Part shown: positions 32,883 to 43,688 of the stretch, in pieces
Numbering within the stretch: the first letter of the stretch is position 1
How the letters are laid out: every line of letters begins with the position of its first letter
Assembly (NCBI RefSeq): GCF_022846255.1
Contig: NZ_AP025682.1
Strand: one strand, 5' to 3'
DNA from: Escherichia coli
GTDB lineage: Bacteria; Pseudomonadota; Gammaproteobacteria; Enterobacterales; Enterobacteriaceae
Length of the DNA: 64,000 bases
Notes under the pieces: generated by a model
The model's input: the letters and a program-made list of their open reading frames with translations, nothing else
Told to the model about the DNA's origin: nothing
Databases searched by the model: none
Made by a program: the position numbers and the translations under genes

Positions 32883-34673
32883 TTAAGTAAATAAAAACGC
32901 CTCAACCTCTTTTAAAGTCTTTTCTAAAAAACGCAAAGATTCTCTGCAATCATCATCGCTCATTTGAGCTATTTTTTTTGCTAACGGGATCTTTCGTTTT
33001 TTGGGTATAAGATACTCAATCTTAATTGAGTAGTCTTTGTCTTTTAAATTATCAGAGAGTTTCATTTCTGATTGAATTAACTCATTAACTTTTTCTGGTG
33101 TAAGCATTTCATTTAAATTAGCTCTTCTTTCAAGATTATTTTCTTCTAACTCTTCTTTCCATATTGCAATAGGATAATTGGACTCTAAAACCCCTGGTAT
33201 TTTATAACCATCTTTTTTTGCACTGAGAACATCTTGCGTTGGTTTTAATGTAAAGCATTTAACTGATTTACCAATATCTTGAATATCACCAAGTTCTTTT
33301 TTGACATTTATACCATCTTTATCTGCATCTACAATGCCAACACATTTATATTTGTTTTGATGATGTTTATGGATATGATAATAAGCTTTTAACATGTCAC
33401 AAACATAGTTTGTTCCTGCGCCAAAATCTTTTGTAATTACCTCAATGTCATTCATCCTTTCTGGTATGAAAACTTGTATCGCCCTTTCAATTATAATTTT
33501 ATCGCTGGCTCCCTCTACGTACATTACAGCTTTTTCATCACCAAGTTTACCAACGGATTCAATATTTTCTATACGAGATTTCACCTCATCAATATAGGGT
33601 GAAAGCAATTCCATAACCCCCATTCTGTCATCAAGCAGTGCATATTTATCATCACAAGAGGTTACATCAGTCAAGTCTTTCTCAATAAAAATGCAATTAA
33701 CAGATCTATCTTGTTTTGAGAGATTATAAAATGCAGGAGAATGTGTAGTTATAAATAATTGTGATACAGGATCTGGCACGAAAGTTTTAAACTGTATGGC
33801 AAGCTTGATTGATGACGTTAACTCAAGGTTATTTTCTGGCTCTTCATAGCCCCATATAAATGTATACGGTGGGTTGCCTCTTGCCTGTAGTGTTTTTGTT
33901 TTCTCAGCAATATATTTTAATATTAATGGAATGTGGCGAGCTTTGATTCCATCACCTCGTTCATTAAGAGATATTTTCATTTCATTTAGAAAGTCTAAAT
34001 TCCCAAATAAATTACTTAGATCTCTAGGAAGCGAAAGTTCAGAGTTAAAACCAAGAGATTCGTTAATCTCTTTTGTTAACTCATGAAGATTCTCAGCTAT
34101 ACTCTTCTCAAATGCTTTGCTTGAATCGCTAAAATTCTCATTGAACACAGCATTTACAACAAAATATATTTCACTCCTTAATTTTGCAATATACCCTTTA
34201 TCCTTAATTGCAGGAATATAAACATATTTTACATTATTAAGTAACTGTCTTATATTTGAACGAGCTGGAATTTCTTGCTTTTCTGTTCGTCGACCGCCTC
34301 TAGGGCCACTATATGATTTAATCCCAAGTATACTCTCATCATAAAATCCACCTGAGCGCCATGACTTCGTCCATTCAATTAAATTTCCATTTGTTGCATG
34401 ATAACTAGATGGAATATCAAGAAGTAATTTAATTTTTATCTCTCTAGCTTTTTTAGAATATTTTTTTGCCGCATAAATATTATAGTCAGTTGAAAAATCA
34501 AAAGATTCTCCTGGATTTGTTTGCGAATTAAAGAAGAGGTTTAAAGCTCTTAATATATTTGATTTACCAGCATCATTATTACCAACAATAATCTGTAGTC
34601 GCGCACTATCAATAACTATTTTCTGAATTGATCGAAAATTCGTGATTTCAATTCTTCGAATACTAACCGGCAT
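32883..34673 (-). CDS. OLD-family ATPase-TOPRIM nuclease (class-1 OLD / GajA-like), singleton
   Basis: Walker A VGNNDAGKSN, Walker B-like FIWGYEEPENNLE, H-loop LFITTHSP, C-terminal Toprim motifs VEGASD and GIVDADKDG; ATG at 34673 with GAGG RBS; low GC. Confidence 0.75.
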   Translation of the reverse strand: MPVSIRRIEITNFRSIQKIVIDSARLQIIVGNNDAGKSNILRALNLFFNSQTNPGESFDFSTDYNIYAAKKYSKKAREIKIKLLLDIPSSYHATNGNLIEWTKSWRSGGFYDESILGIKSYSGPRGGRRTEKQEIPARSNIRQLLNNVKYVYIPAIKDKGYIAKLRSEIYFVVNAVFNENFSDSSKAFEKSIAENLHELTKEINESLGFNSELSLPRDLSNLFGNLDFLNEMKISLNERGDGIKARHIPLILKYIAEKTKTLQARGNPPYTFIWGYEEPENNLELTSSIKLAIQFKTFVPDPVSQLFITTHSPAFYNLSKQDRSVNCIFIEKDLTDVTSCDDKYALLDDRMGVMELLSPYIDEVKSRIENIESVGKLGDEKAVMYVEGASDKIIIERAIQVFIPERMNDIEVITKDFGAGTNYVCDMLKAYYHIHKHHQNKYKCVGIVDADKDGINVKKELGDIQDIGKSVKCFTLKPTQDVLSAKKDGYKIPGVLESNYPIAIWKEELEENNLERRANLNEMLTPEKVNELIQSEMKLSDNLKDKDYSIKIEYLIPKKRKIPLAKKIAQMSDDDCRESLRFLEKTLKEVEAFLFT

Positions 34674-34806
34674 AAAAACCTCATCGTAACGCCTGTTTAT
34701 ATTTATAGCTGATAAAATAACACAACCACAATGAAAGTGAATAGTGAATTGCCACAAGTTTAACAAACACCTCAAGATCATTTAAAATGACTTAAAGAGA
34801 GGCTCC

Positions 34807-35140
34807 CATGAGCAGTAAGCGTTAACTCGCAGAGTTTAAAATTAAAGCAGTCAAACAGATTGTTGAACATGGTTATTCTGTTTCCCTGCGTTGCAACACA
34901 TCTGTGTAAGTTCACTCTTTAGTGTACAAGCCATGAGCGTCAGTCGTTCCTGAAATAACACGACCATCGCGGTAACTGCCACTATAATGCGGTTACAGAA
35001 AGCTTTTTCCAGTTACTGAAGTCTGAACGGATAAAGAAAAAATCTTCAGCCCCCTGATCTCATCGTGTTATTCACAACAATCCACTCCTGAAATGGCCGT
35101 GAATACAATTTATCAAGGCTAGTGGTCACTTTTCCTATTA
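34807..35140 (+). pseudogene. IS3-family element remnant (orfA N-terminal and orfB C-terminal fragments)
   Basis: Translations MSSKR..LAEFKIKAVKQIVEHGYSVS and ...LLKSERIKKKIFSP resemble IS3 OrfA/OrfB termini; internally deleted. Confidence 0.45.
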
Positions 35141-35257
35141 TGATTAGTGAAAACATAAAGTGCGGAAACGAATGAAAATGCACTGTATTATTTAAAGACA
35201 TCATCCAACGCCCTTACCGTGGTATACACTCAGGCACCAGATGCTGTTTTACAGGGT

Positions 35258-35989
35258 TCACCTGCCATCCAGAAGACGCCCCGGCCCACGACTGCAACCA
35301 TAATTACGTTGCCCGGAACCGTCATGCTGCTTCGTCTCATACTTCACGAGATAACTGGCTCTGTTCTGGGCTTTCTGCATCGCTTCCACATCACCACGCT
35401 TGATCCAGAGAACAGCGGCTTCACCCGGCTTTTTGTCTGAAGCCTTCCTGGTTTCAGAACATCCACCCGACAAAGGCGTATCATCGGAAGAAGGGCGAGC
35501 ATCAGATGATGTCGGTTTACGGAAAGGCGTCCGCCTGGAAAAATGAACCAGTCCATTACCCTGCCAGGGCTCAAGATGCAGAGCGCTACACCATGCCAGT
35601 TGTATCAGCGTCGCCAGCGAAGAAGGAACGGTGAAATCCCCTGGCGAGCACCAGGTATCTTTGTTGAGCAGTAATATCACGTGATAATGTTTCCTGCCTT
35701 TTTCCTTGCCAAACTCCCGACACCAGAAATAACGCAGAGTGGTTGCACGCACACGCTTGTTGGCACGTCGTTTATGTCGCTGGTAAGCCTGAATTTTTGC
35801 TTTCAGGGATGCAAAAAAACGAGAAATCACCGCTGAATCTAAATCGGTATCCATGATGGTGGCAGGCATATACTCAGGGAAACGTAAATCCACCCGGATT
35901 AACGAGACGGCACGGTGTTGCGCCAGGGCACTGTTGAGAATACTTTCAAAACGGGATAACCAGTAAGCATTGTGTATTGGTTGATTCAT
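35258..35989 (-). CDS. YagK/YfjJ-family protein, copy 3
   Basis: 243 aa, ATG start directly abutting the conserved upstream element. Confidence 0.55.
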   Translation of the reverse strand: MNQPIHNAYWLSRFESILNSALAQHRAVSLIRVDLRFPEYMPATIMDTDLDSAVISRFFASLKAKIQAYQRHKRRANKRVRATTLRYFWCREFGKEKGRKHYHVILLLNKDTWCSPGDFTVPSSLATLIQLAWCSALHLEPWQGNGLVHFSRRTPFRKPTSSDARPSSDDTPLSGGCSETRKASDKKPGEAAVLWIKRGDVEAMQKAQNRASYLVKYETKQHDGSGQRNYGCSRGPGRLLDGR

Positions 35990-36058
35990 GATGAGAGATC
36001 TCCGTTGATTTGGATTGACTTCACATCATTAATCACCGCGGTAAAACTTTACGGCATC
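35990..36058 (+). repeat. Conserved 5' element of YfjJ-family genes, copy B
   Basis: gatgagagatctccgttgatttggattgacttcacatcattaatcaccgcggtaaaac; homolog of 29822-29890. Confidence 0.7.
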
Positions 36059-36059
36059 C

Positions 36060-37240
36060 GGCATTGAGCAATGCTACAACTCTCTGATTAAGAGTGATTG
36101 AAACGGAACAAACCATCCCGGAACGAAAAGATAATTCTACACGCAGGGTAAAAACACTCAAGAACAGCGAATGGATTTAAAAACGACATGGACAACGAGA
36201 AAAGTCAGAAGGGAAAAGGATCCACAGAACATTCGAACAAAACACCAGAAACGCAACCAGAACGCTTCCTGGTAATGCAAATCAACAACAACCCCAAAAC
36301 CTACAGCTTAATCACACAACTCAATCACGGATGCGAATGACACGTTTAAAACCTGTTTACAGATAAACCCCGCCACAAGAACAAAAATCACCAACATCAG
36401 AATCGATTTTCTCATCCTGAAAAAGTTACGTTTCACTACGCACCATAAAAACGATTAACCATCGATAACGTAAACCTTATCTGAATCAAAAACACCAAAA
36501 CCGTTCATCACACTTTCGCAATGCAAGAAGAAACCTCATGACAAAAAGAATGACCTTACACGGAAAAGAAAACGTCAGGAATCGTTAATGCCTCAATCTG
36601 ATTGTTATCAAAACATCCAGAAAGTCGTTTAACAGAATCGTCGTAAGCACATCGAAAAAAACGTCAGATTACTTCAGGAAAGTTCGGGTTGATTTAGCGT
36701 AAAGATACTTTTCTCATGCTAACGTCGAAACTCGAAATCTCAGGAAAGGTTAAACGTAACATCAGTAAAATCGAATAGCAGATTGATTGCTGAAGCAGAA
36801 AGGTTTTACAGCAGCATTAAACTGATTTAGTTAACGTAAAGATTTACTAAACTGGATGTGTATAGCAATGCTTAACGAAAACACTTGTAGAAGTGTTTAT
36901 GAAAATACGTGTATAAGACTTACTGAAATGCTTAGTAAAAATACTTAGTAAAATACGTGTATATAGTATCATACCGACATTAGCAACATTCTCAGACACT
37001 CATGCAGACTGAATGTTGATTACCCGTTTTCACATCAGGCATGGTTCTTTACTGACCAAAAAACAAACTGGTTTACTCTTGAATTATTTTCTCTACCTCA
37101 GAAAACATGGTCTCAGGAATCTGCTATGGTTTCATAGTTTCTGTTGTTCCTTTCATAAAAGTTATAAGTCATTGTCATAATCATACGATAATCACTTTAT
37201 GTTAGTTTTTACTGTCACACGCTACTGACTTTTTCAGTCA
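36060..37240 (+). other. About 1.2-kb ORF-free, A-rich low-complexity tract upstream of YfjJ-family copy 3
   Basis: No ORF of 60 aa or more; repeated aaaac/gaaaa-type motifs; purine-skewed like 30500-31690. Confidence 0.6.
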
Positions 37241-37503
37241 TTGCCAGAAAGGGGCTCTTTTTACTTCCATTTCACCACTCAACAAATGCAAAACTTGTCC
37301 AGTAAAGCGGACCACCTCTTGCTCACAAGCAACGAATCATCTCCAGGAACAGCCCTCAAACATTGCAGAAACAAAAACAACAAAACCCTCATTATCACTG
37401 ATGTTCGGAAAATTTCCCGGAACAAAAAAAACGAAATCAAAATGAGACTCATTATCATGGATGTAGTCAAAAAGACGTTATGGTGGCTTTCAGTTAAATG
37501 GTA

Positions 37504-38634
37504 CTATTTCTCATAAATCCACTTAACTTTTTTTACTGATTCATCCCAGATAACCACTTTATCAGTAAAAAATGAATTATATAGATTGACGAGTTTTTCT
37601 GTTTCAGTTATTCCCAATGTATTATGTATCAGTTGTAGATATGCTTTTATCCAGATTTCTTTACCCTCCCTCCACTTATCTATAAAACTTTCCAGCTTAC
37701 TTAATCGTTGATTTATAAAAAACGAATCAATATCATGAAAAAGCTCAACAAGAAAACAGCACGAGACAATCTCAACAAAAAACAAATTCTCCTTAAAAGT
37801 ATTATAAAACCTTATCAACACATAACGAAAAACACCTCCTGTTAATCTTTCCTGTTCATAAAACAACAAACCAAAAACAGGAGGAAATCTTTTAACCACA
37901 CCACTTTTAATCCAGTAAGGATGATGATTAGTCTTTACTGGCAGTGAATAAAAGAACAATTCGGTTTCTCTTTTCCCACCACAAACAGACAAAACTGTCT
38001 TATAAAGACTTTTTGAATCATTATGTCCTGATACCCCAGACGAATTAGCAGAGTATTTTCTTTTTACTTTTTGCCTTAATGGAGCTGGAAGAATAATAAA
38101 ACGGGATGGCAGATAACAATCGCTTTCAGAAGACCGGCATTCGCACACATGAAGATTTATATTTACATCCGGACAATTCAAAAACCACACAGAATAATTA
38201 TCGCACCGTTTGCAATATGAAACCCATGAATAAATTGCATAAAGTTCAGAAAGCGCATCTAACTCTGCTTTTGAATTAAATGTGATACCGTTTCTTCGAA
38301 TTCTCGTTTCCAGCGTTCTCCATGCCGGGGTTTTCAGTATCTCACGAACTTTTTTATTAAGTTCAGCCAGAGATGGTCCCTGCTCCTGTTTATGTTTCGT
38401 CCTGCTGTTAATGATTTCTCTTTCTTTTACTAATTTCCTCTTTCTTTTTGGTCCTTCTACCTTTCTTGGCAATGCTTCATTTAATCTGTGAACAGGATTT
38501 TGCTCTCTTCTTTTTTTGAGCTCACAAAACCTCTCATAATGTTTTCTGCACAGTCTTTTCTCCACTGCCATTTTTACTGAGAAAACCTGATTGTTACAAT
38601 TTTTTCTGACACATTTGTTTTTACGTCCGGTCAT
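37504..38634 (-). CDS. Hypothetical 376-aa protein with Cys-rich N-terminus (possible zinc-binding), function unknown
   Basis: ATG with GAGAGG RBS; N-terminal CVRKNCNNQ...CRKHYERFC cluster followed by a Lys/Arg-rich segment; very low GC; divergent from the YfjP-like GTPase gene. Confidence 0.55.
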   Translation of the reverse strand: MTGRKNKCVRKNCNNQVFSVKMAVEKRLCRKHYERFCELKKRREQNPVHRLNEALPRKVEGPKRKRKLVKEREIINSRTKHKQEQGPSLAELNKKVREILKTPAWRTLETRIRRNGITFNSKAELDALSELYAIYSWVSYCKRCDNYSVWFLNCPDVNINLHVCECRSSESDCYLPSRFIILPAPLRQKVKRKYSANSSGVSGHNDSKSLYKTVLSVCGGKRETELFFYSLPVKTNHHPYWIKSGVVKRFPPVFGLLFYEQERLTGGVFRYVLIRFYNTFKENLFFVEIVSCCFLVELFHDIDSFFINQRLSKLESFIDKWREGKEIWIKAYLQLIHNTLGITETEKLVNLYNSFFTDKVVIWDESVKKVKWIYEK

Positions 38635-38818
38635 CCTCTCATCTCCTGAAACAGCAGTATGTCATTAGTTCCCGTTCTGAAAAACTGACGCCATACTCCA
38701 TTACACTTTAACAATAATGTCCGTAATTCAGACATTCCATCATTTTTCACGCCCATATTACCTGAATGATAAACCGGATTAGTGTGATCCGGTTCAGTGA
38801 AATCAACAGGATACCGGT

Positions 38819-39703
38819 ATGTCATTCAGCCATTCTTCCCTCTCCGCACAAGTGAAATCATATCTGACGTTTCTTCCTGAAGAAATTCGTCAGAAAATTC
38901 TTGAACATCTCCACAGCGTTATTCATTACGAACCCGTGATTGGCATTATGGGTAAATCCGGCACCGGCAAAAGTAGCCTGTGTAATGCTATTTTTCAGTC
39001 CCATATCTGTGCCACGCATCCCCTGAACGGCTGCACCCGCCAGGCTCATCGTCTTACCCTGCAGATCGGTGAACGCAGAATGACGCTGGTCGATCTGCCC
39101 GGCATTGGAGAGACGCCGCAACATGATCAGGAATACCGGGCGCTTTACCGTCAGTTACTGCCGGAAGTGGATTTGATTATCTGGATCCTGCGGGCAGATG
39201 AACGCGCATATGCCGCCGACATTACCATGCATCAGTTTTTACTGAATGAAGGCGCAGATCCCTCGCGTTTTCTGTTTGTTCTCAGCCATGCCGATCGCGT
39301 GTTTCCTGCTGAAGAATGGAATGCCACAGAAAAATGCCCGTCCCGTCAGCAGGCGCTCTCACTGGCGACGGTGACAGCCCGGGTGGCAACCCTGTTCCCT
39401 TCATCATTTCCGGTACTCTCCGTTGCTGCACCTGTCGGCTGGAACCTTCCGGCGTTTGTGTCGCTGATGATCCACGCACTGCCACCACAGGCAACCAGCG
39501 CGGTGTATTCACATATCCGGGGAGAAAACCGCTCTGAACAGGCCCAGAAACACGCACAACAGACTTTTGGTGAAACCATCGGGAAAAGTTTTGACGTCGC
39601 CGTTGCCCGTTTCAGTTTTCCGGCCTGGATGTTACAGCTTCTGCGTAAAGCCCGGGACCGCATTATCCACCTGCTGATCACACTGTGGGAGCGTCTGTTC
39701 TGA
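38819..39703 (+). CDS. YfjP/YkfA/YeeP-family GTPase
   Basis: P-loop GIMGKSGTGKSSL and DLPG G3 motif; prophage-island GTPase family. Confidence 0.75.
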   Translation: MSFSHSSLSAQVKSYLTFLPEEIRQKILEHLHSVIHYEPVIGIMGKSGTGKSSLCNAIFQSHICATHPLNGCTRQAHRLTLQIGERRMTLVDLPGIGETPQHDQEYRALYRQLLPEVDLIIWILRADERAYAADITMHQFLLNEGADPSRFLFVLSHADRVFPAEEWNATEKCPSRQQALSLATVTARVATLFPSSFPVLSVAAPVGWNLPAFVSLMIHALPPQATSAVYSHIRGENRSEQAQKHAQQTFGETIGKSFDVAVARFSFPAWMLQLLRKARDRIIHLLITLWERLF

Positions 39704-39905
39704 CACACTCACGCCGACAGGATGTGTCGCTGGATTAACGAGCATTCTTCTTTTTATGAAATCATGCTTAAAAATCAGATAATTAAAAGAATATTTTTTC
39801 TGCTGCATTTTATTCCTGATTATCCGGATGCGACACATCCTTTCAACATCATGATGCATAATAACATCATGAAATAAAAGATGTTTTCTTACGGAGTGCA
39901 CATCT

Positions 39906-40586
39906 ATGTCTGATAATCGTTCCCGGCATGATCGCCTGGCGGTTCGCTTATCACTCATTATCAGCCGACTGATGGCCGGAGAATCTCTGTCACTAAAAAC
40001 ACTGTCAGATGAATTTGGCGTTACAGAACGTACTTTACAGCGCGATTTTCATCAGCGTCTGGTTCACCTGGATTTAGAGTACAGAAATGGCAGGTACAGC
40101 CTCAGACGACAGAGCAGCCCAGGTGCGATCCCTGAAATGCTTTCTTTTATACAGAATACCGGGATCGCACGGATACTTCCGCTCCGGAACGGACGACTGA
40201 TAACCTGTCTTACCGACAACCAGGAGCCCTCTCCCTGCCTTATCTGGCTACCGGCGCCGGATATCACTGCAACGTTCCCCGAGTGTTTCTCGCAACTCAT
40301 CCTGGCAATAAGACAGTGTATCCACATCTCTCTGATGACTGAGCGATGGTATCCGTCACTGGAGCCCTGCCGGCTCATTTATTACAGCGGTAGCTGGTAT
40401 CTGATCGCGTTACAGAAGGGAAAACTGCAGGTCTTTCCTCTGGCAGATATCAAATCAGTCAGCCTGACATCAGAACGGTTTGAACGGAGAGGCCACATCC
40501 ACAGTCTGGTCGCTGAAGAGCGTTTTATCTCCGCCCTGCCACATTTCTCTTTCATCCATAAACTTATCAACACCTTTAACCTGTGA
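39906..40586 (+). CDS. WYL-domain transcriptional regulator (YfjR-like)
   Basis: N-terminal HTH (LKTLSDEFGVTERTLQRD) and WYL motif (YYSGSWYLIAL). Confidence 0.7.
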   Translation: MSDNRSRHDRLAVRLSLIISRLMAGESLSLKTLSDEFGVTERTLQRDFHQRLVHLDLEYRNGRYSLRRQSSPGAIPEMLSFIQNTGIARILPLRNGRLITCLTDNQEPSPCLIWLPAPDITATFPECFSQLILAIRQCIHISLMTERWYPSLEPCRLIYYSGSWYLIALQKGKLQVFPLADIKSVSLTSERFERRGHIHSLVAEERFISALPHFSFIHKLINTFNL

Positions 40587-40733
40587 TCGCCGGCCTGCCA
40601 AAGCCGTCCCGACAGGTATGGAGACAATATGTTGAACAGAAAACTAAATATACGGCTACGTCATTCCCTGAACAGTCACTGCATACCTTCCGTCATTATC
40701 AATAACACCGTACGTTCATTTCAGAGGTCAGTC

Positions 40734-41411
40734 ATGAATACCAGAGCTCTTTTTCCCCTGCTGTTCACTGTGGCATCATTCTCCGCCTCCGCCGGCAACT
40801 GGGCTGTCAAAAACGGCTGGTGTCAGACCATGACGGAAGATGGTCAGGCGCTGGTAATGCTGAAAAATGGCACGATTGGTATTACCGGCCTGATGCAGGG
40901 ATGCCCGAATGGCGTACAGACGCTCCTGGGCAGCCGTATCAGTATTAACGGTAACCTGATCCCCACATCACAAATGTGTAATCAGCAGACGGGATTCAGG
41001 GCTGTTGAGGTGGAAATCGGACAGGCGCCGGAAATGGTCAAAAAAGCCGTTCACTCCATAGCAGAGCGTGATGTGTCCGTTTTACAGGCATTTGGTGTAC
41101 GAATGGAATTCACCCGCGGTGATATGCTGAAGGTCTGTCCGAAATTTGTCACATCACTTGCCGGTTTTTCCCCGAAACAGACGACCACTATTAATAAAGA
41201 TTCCGTCCTGCAGGCTGCCCGGCAGGCATACGCCCGGGAATATGACGAGGAAACAACAGAAACCGCTGATTTTGGCTCTTACGAAGTAAAAGGCAATAAG
41301 GTTGAGTTTGAAGTATTCAATCCTGAAGACCGTGCGTACGACAAAGTGACCGTCACGGTTGGTGCTGACGGTAATGCCACCGGCGCCAGCGTTGAATTTA
41401 TCGGAAAATAG
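40734..41411 (+). CDS. Secreted/lipoprotein-like island protein (YfjS/YafY-like)
   Basis: Signal peptide [23 protein letters not shown] at 40734 with GAGG RBS. Confidence 0.55.
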   Translation: MNTRALFPLLFTVASFSASAGNWAVKNGWCQTMTEDGQALVMLKNGTIGITGLMQGCPNGVQTLLGSRISINGNLIPTSQMCNQQTGFRAVEVEIGQAPEMVKKAVHSIAERDVSVLQAFGVRMEFTRGDMLKVCPKFVTSLAGFSPKQTTTINKDSVLQAARQAYAREYDEETTETADFGSYEVKGNKVEFEVFNPEDRAYDKVTVTVGADGNATGASVEFIGK

Positions 41412-41416
41412 CCGGT

Positions 41417-41650
41417 ATGTCGGACTGCCACCCTGTTTTATTGCCCGAAGGCCCTTTCTCACGCGAACAGGCGGTTGCCGTCACAACAGCTTACCGCAAT
41501 GTGCTTATTGAAGATGACCAGGGAACGCATTTCCGGCTGGTTATCCGCAATGCCGAAGGGCAGCTACGCTGGCGGTGCTGGAATTTTGAACCTGATGCCG
41601 GAAAACAGCTAAATTCGTATCTCGCCAGTGAGGGAATTCTCAGGCAATAA
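41417..41650 (+). CDS. Small hypothetical protein (YfjT-like position)
   Basis: 77-aa ORF tightly following the previous gene. Confidence 0.45.
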   Translation: MSDCHPVLLPEGPFSREQAVAVTTAYRNVLIEDDQGTHFRLVIRNAEGQLRWRCWNFEPDAGKQLNSYLASEGILRQ

Positions 41651-41739
41651 ACGTCTTCATTTCATCCATCAGGCCGCGTCTTCTCCGGGAGACGCGGCCT
41701 TTTCGTTTATACCGCTAATTCATTCATAAGGAGCAAAGT

Positions 41740-42558
41740 ATGCAATTAGCCAGTCGTTTTGGTCATGTAAATCAGATCCGTCGGGAGCGCCCACTGACAC
41801 GCGAAGAACTGATGTACCACGTCCCGAGTATTTTTGGAGAAGACCGGCACACCTCCCGCAGTGAACGGTATGCGTACATTCCCACCATCACCGTCCTGGA
41901 AAATCTGCAGCGGGAAGGCTTTCAGCCGTTCTTCGCCTGCCAGACCCGTGTGCGCGACCAGAGCCGCCGGGAATATACCAAACATATGCTGCGTCTGCGG
42001 CGGGCCGGACAGATAACCGGTCAGCATGTGCCTGAAATTATTCTGCTCAACTCCCATGACGGTTCATCCAGCTACCAGATGTTACCCGGATATTTTCGTG
42101 CCATCTGCACCAATGGCTTGGTCTGCGGTCAGTCGCTGGGAGAAGTCCGGGTGCCCCACCGGGGAAACGTGGTGGACAGGGTGATTGAAGGTGCTTACGA
42201 AGTGGTGGGCGTGTTTGACCGGATTGAGGAAAAGCGTGATGCCATGCAGTCGCTGGTCCTGCCGCCACCGGCACGCCAGGCGCTGGCACAGGCGGCGCTG
42301 ACTTACCGTTATGGTGATGAACATCAGCCCGTCACCACTACCGACATTCTGACGCCACGACGCCGGGAGGATTACGGTAAGGACCTGTGGAGTGCTTATC
42401 AGACCATCCAGGAAAATATGCTGAAAGGCGGGATTTCCGGTCGCAGTGCCAGAGGAAAACGTATCCATACCCGGGCCATTCGCAGCATCGATACCGACAT
42501 TAAGCTCAACCGGGCGTTGTGGGTGATGGCAGAAACGCTGCTGGAGAGCATGCGCTGA
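41740..42558 (+). CDS. DUF932-family protein (YfjQ/YafZ-like)
   Basis: 272 aa, MQLASRFGHVNQIRRERPLTREELMYHVPSIFGEDRHTS..., family recalled from CP4-type islands. Confidence 0.65.
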   Translation: MQLASRFGHVNQIRRERPLTREELMYHVPSIFGEDRHTSRSERYAYIPTITVLENLQREGFQPFFACQTRVRDQSRREYTKHMLRLRRAGQITGQHVPEIILLNSHDGSSSYQMLPGYFRAICTNGLVCGQSLGEVRVPHRGNVVDRVIEGAYEVVGVFDRIEEKRDAMQSLVLPPPARQALAQAALTYRYGDEHQPVTTTDILTPRRREDYGKDLWSAYQTIQENMLKGGISGRSARGKRIHTRAIRSIDTDIKLNRALWVMAETLLESMR

Positions 42559-42649
42559 TGCTGTTTCCCTGAAAGTGCAGCCCTGACTCACGTCTGTACC
42601 AGTCCCCAGGCATTCTTCCATTCATTTACTTTTTATAAGGAATCATCTC

Positions 42650-43135
42650 ATGACAACCTTTTCGCATAGCTCCACCACACCTTCTGTTTCCGTAACTACT
42701 GCATCAGGGAATAACCAGTCTCAACTGGTTGCCACTCCCGTCCCTGATGAACAGCGCATCAGCTTCTGGCCGCAGCACTTTGGCCTCATTCCACAGTGGG
42801 TGACCCTGGAGCCCCGTGTCTTCGGCTGGATGGACCGTCTGTGTGAAGACTACTGCGGGGGTATCTGGAATCTGTACACCCTGAACAACGGTGGCGCATT
42901 TATAGCACCTGAACCGGATGAAGATGATGGAGAAACCTGGATACTGTTCAATGCCATGAACGGTAACCGCGCTGAAATGAGCCCGGAAGCTGCCGGCATT
43001 GCCGCCTGTCTGATGGCGTACAGCCATCATGCCTGTCGTACGGAGTGTTATGCCATGACGGTCCACTATTACCGGCTGCGGGATTACGCCCTGCAACATC
43101 CGGAATGCAGCGCCATTATGCGCATCATTGACTGA
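42650..43135 (+). CDS. Antirestriction protein, KlcA/ArdB family (YfjX-like)
   Basis: 161 aa with WILFNAMNGNRAEMSPEAAGIAACLMAYSHHACR region typical of KlcA-like proteins. Confidence 0.65.
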   Translation: MTTFSHSSTTPSVSVTTASGNNQSQLVATPVPDEQRISFWPQHFGLIPQWVTLEPRVFGWMDRLCEDYCGGIWNLYTLNNGGAFIAPEPDEDDGETWILFNAMNGNRAEMSPEAAGIAACLMAYSHHACRTECYAMTVHYYRLRDYALQHPECSAIMRIID

Positions 43136-43149
43136 AAGGGGCCGGAACA

Positions 43150-43626
43150 ATGCAACAGATTTCCTTTCTGCCCGGAGAAATGACGCCCGGTGAGCGCAGC
43201 CTCATTCAGCGGGCCCTGAAAACCCTGGACCGCCATCTTCATGAACCCGGCGTGGCCTTCACCTCCACGCATGCGGCACGGGAATGGCTGATTCTGAACA
43301 TGGCGGGACTGGAGCGTGAAGAATTCCGGGTGCTGTATCTGAACAACCAGAATCAGCTGATTGCCGGTGAAACCCTCTTCACCGGCACCATCAACCGCAC
43401 GGAAGTCCATCCCCGGGAAGTGATTAAACGCGCCCTGTATCACAATGCCGCTGCCGTGGTGCTGGCACACAATCACCCGTCCGGTGAAGTCACACCCAGT
43501 AAGGCAGACCGGCTTATCACCGAACGTCTGGTACAGGCACTGGCCCTGGTGGATATCCGGGTGCCGGACCATCTGATAGTCGGTGGCAACCAGGTTTTCT
43601 CCTTTGCGGAACACGGTCTGCTTTAA
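43150..43626 (+). CDS. RadC-like JAB-domain protein (YfjY/YeeS-like)
   Basis: VVLAHNHPSGEVTPSKADRLITERL JAMM/RadC motif. Confidence 0.75.
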   Translation: MQQISFLPGEMTPGERSLIQRALKTLDRHLHEPGVAFTSTHAAREWLILNMAGLEREEFRVLYLNNQNQLIAGETLFTGTINRTEVHPREVIKRALYHNAAAVVLAHNHPSGEVTPSKADRLITERLVQALALVDIRVPDHLIVGGNQVFSFAEHGLL

Positions 43627-43688
43627 CCCGTCACAACTACATCACACTTGTTTTCACTTTTATCTTCTGTCTTCAGAGGTATCCCATC

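Noticed and set aside
42082..43614. Several 150-180-aa minus-strand ORFs
   Set aside because: Antisense to the DUF932, KlcA and RadC-like genes, whose sense-strand products have recognisable family motifs.
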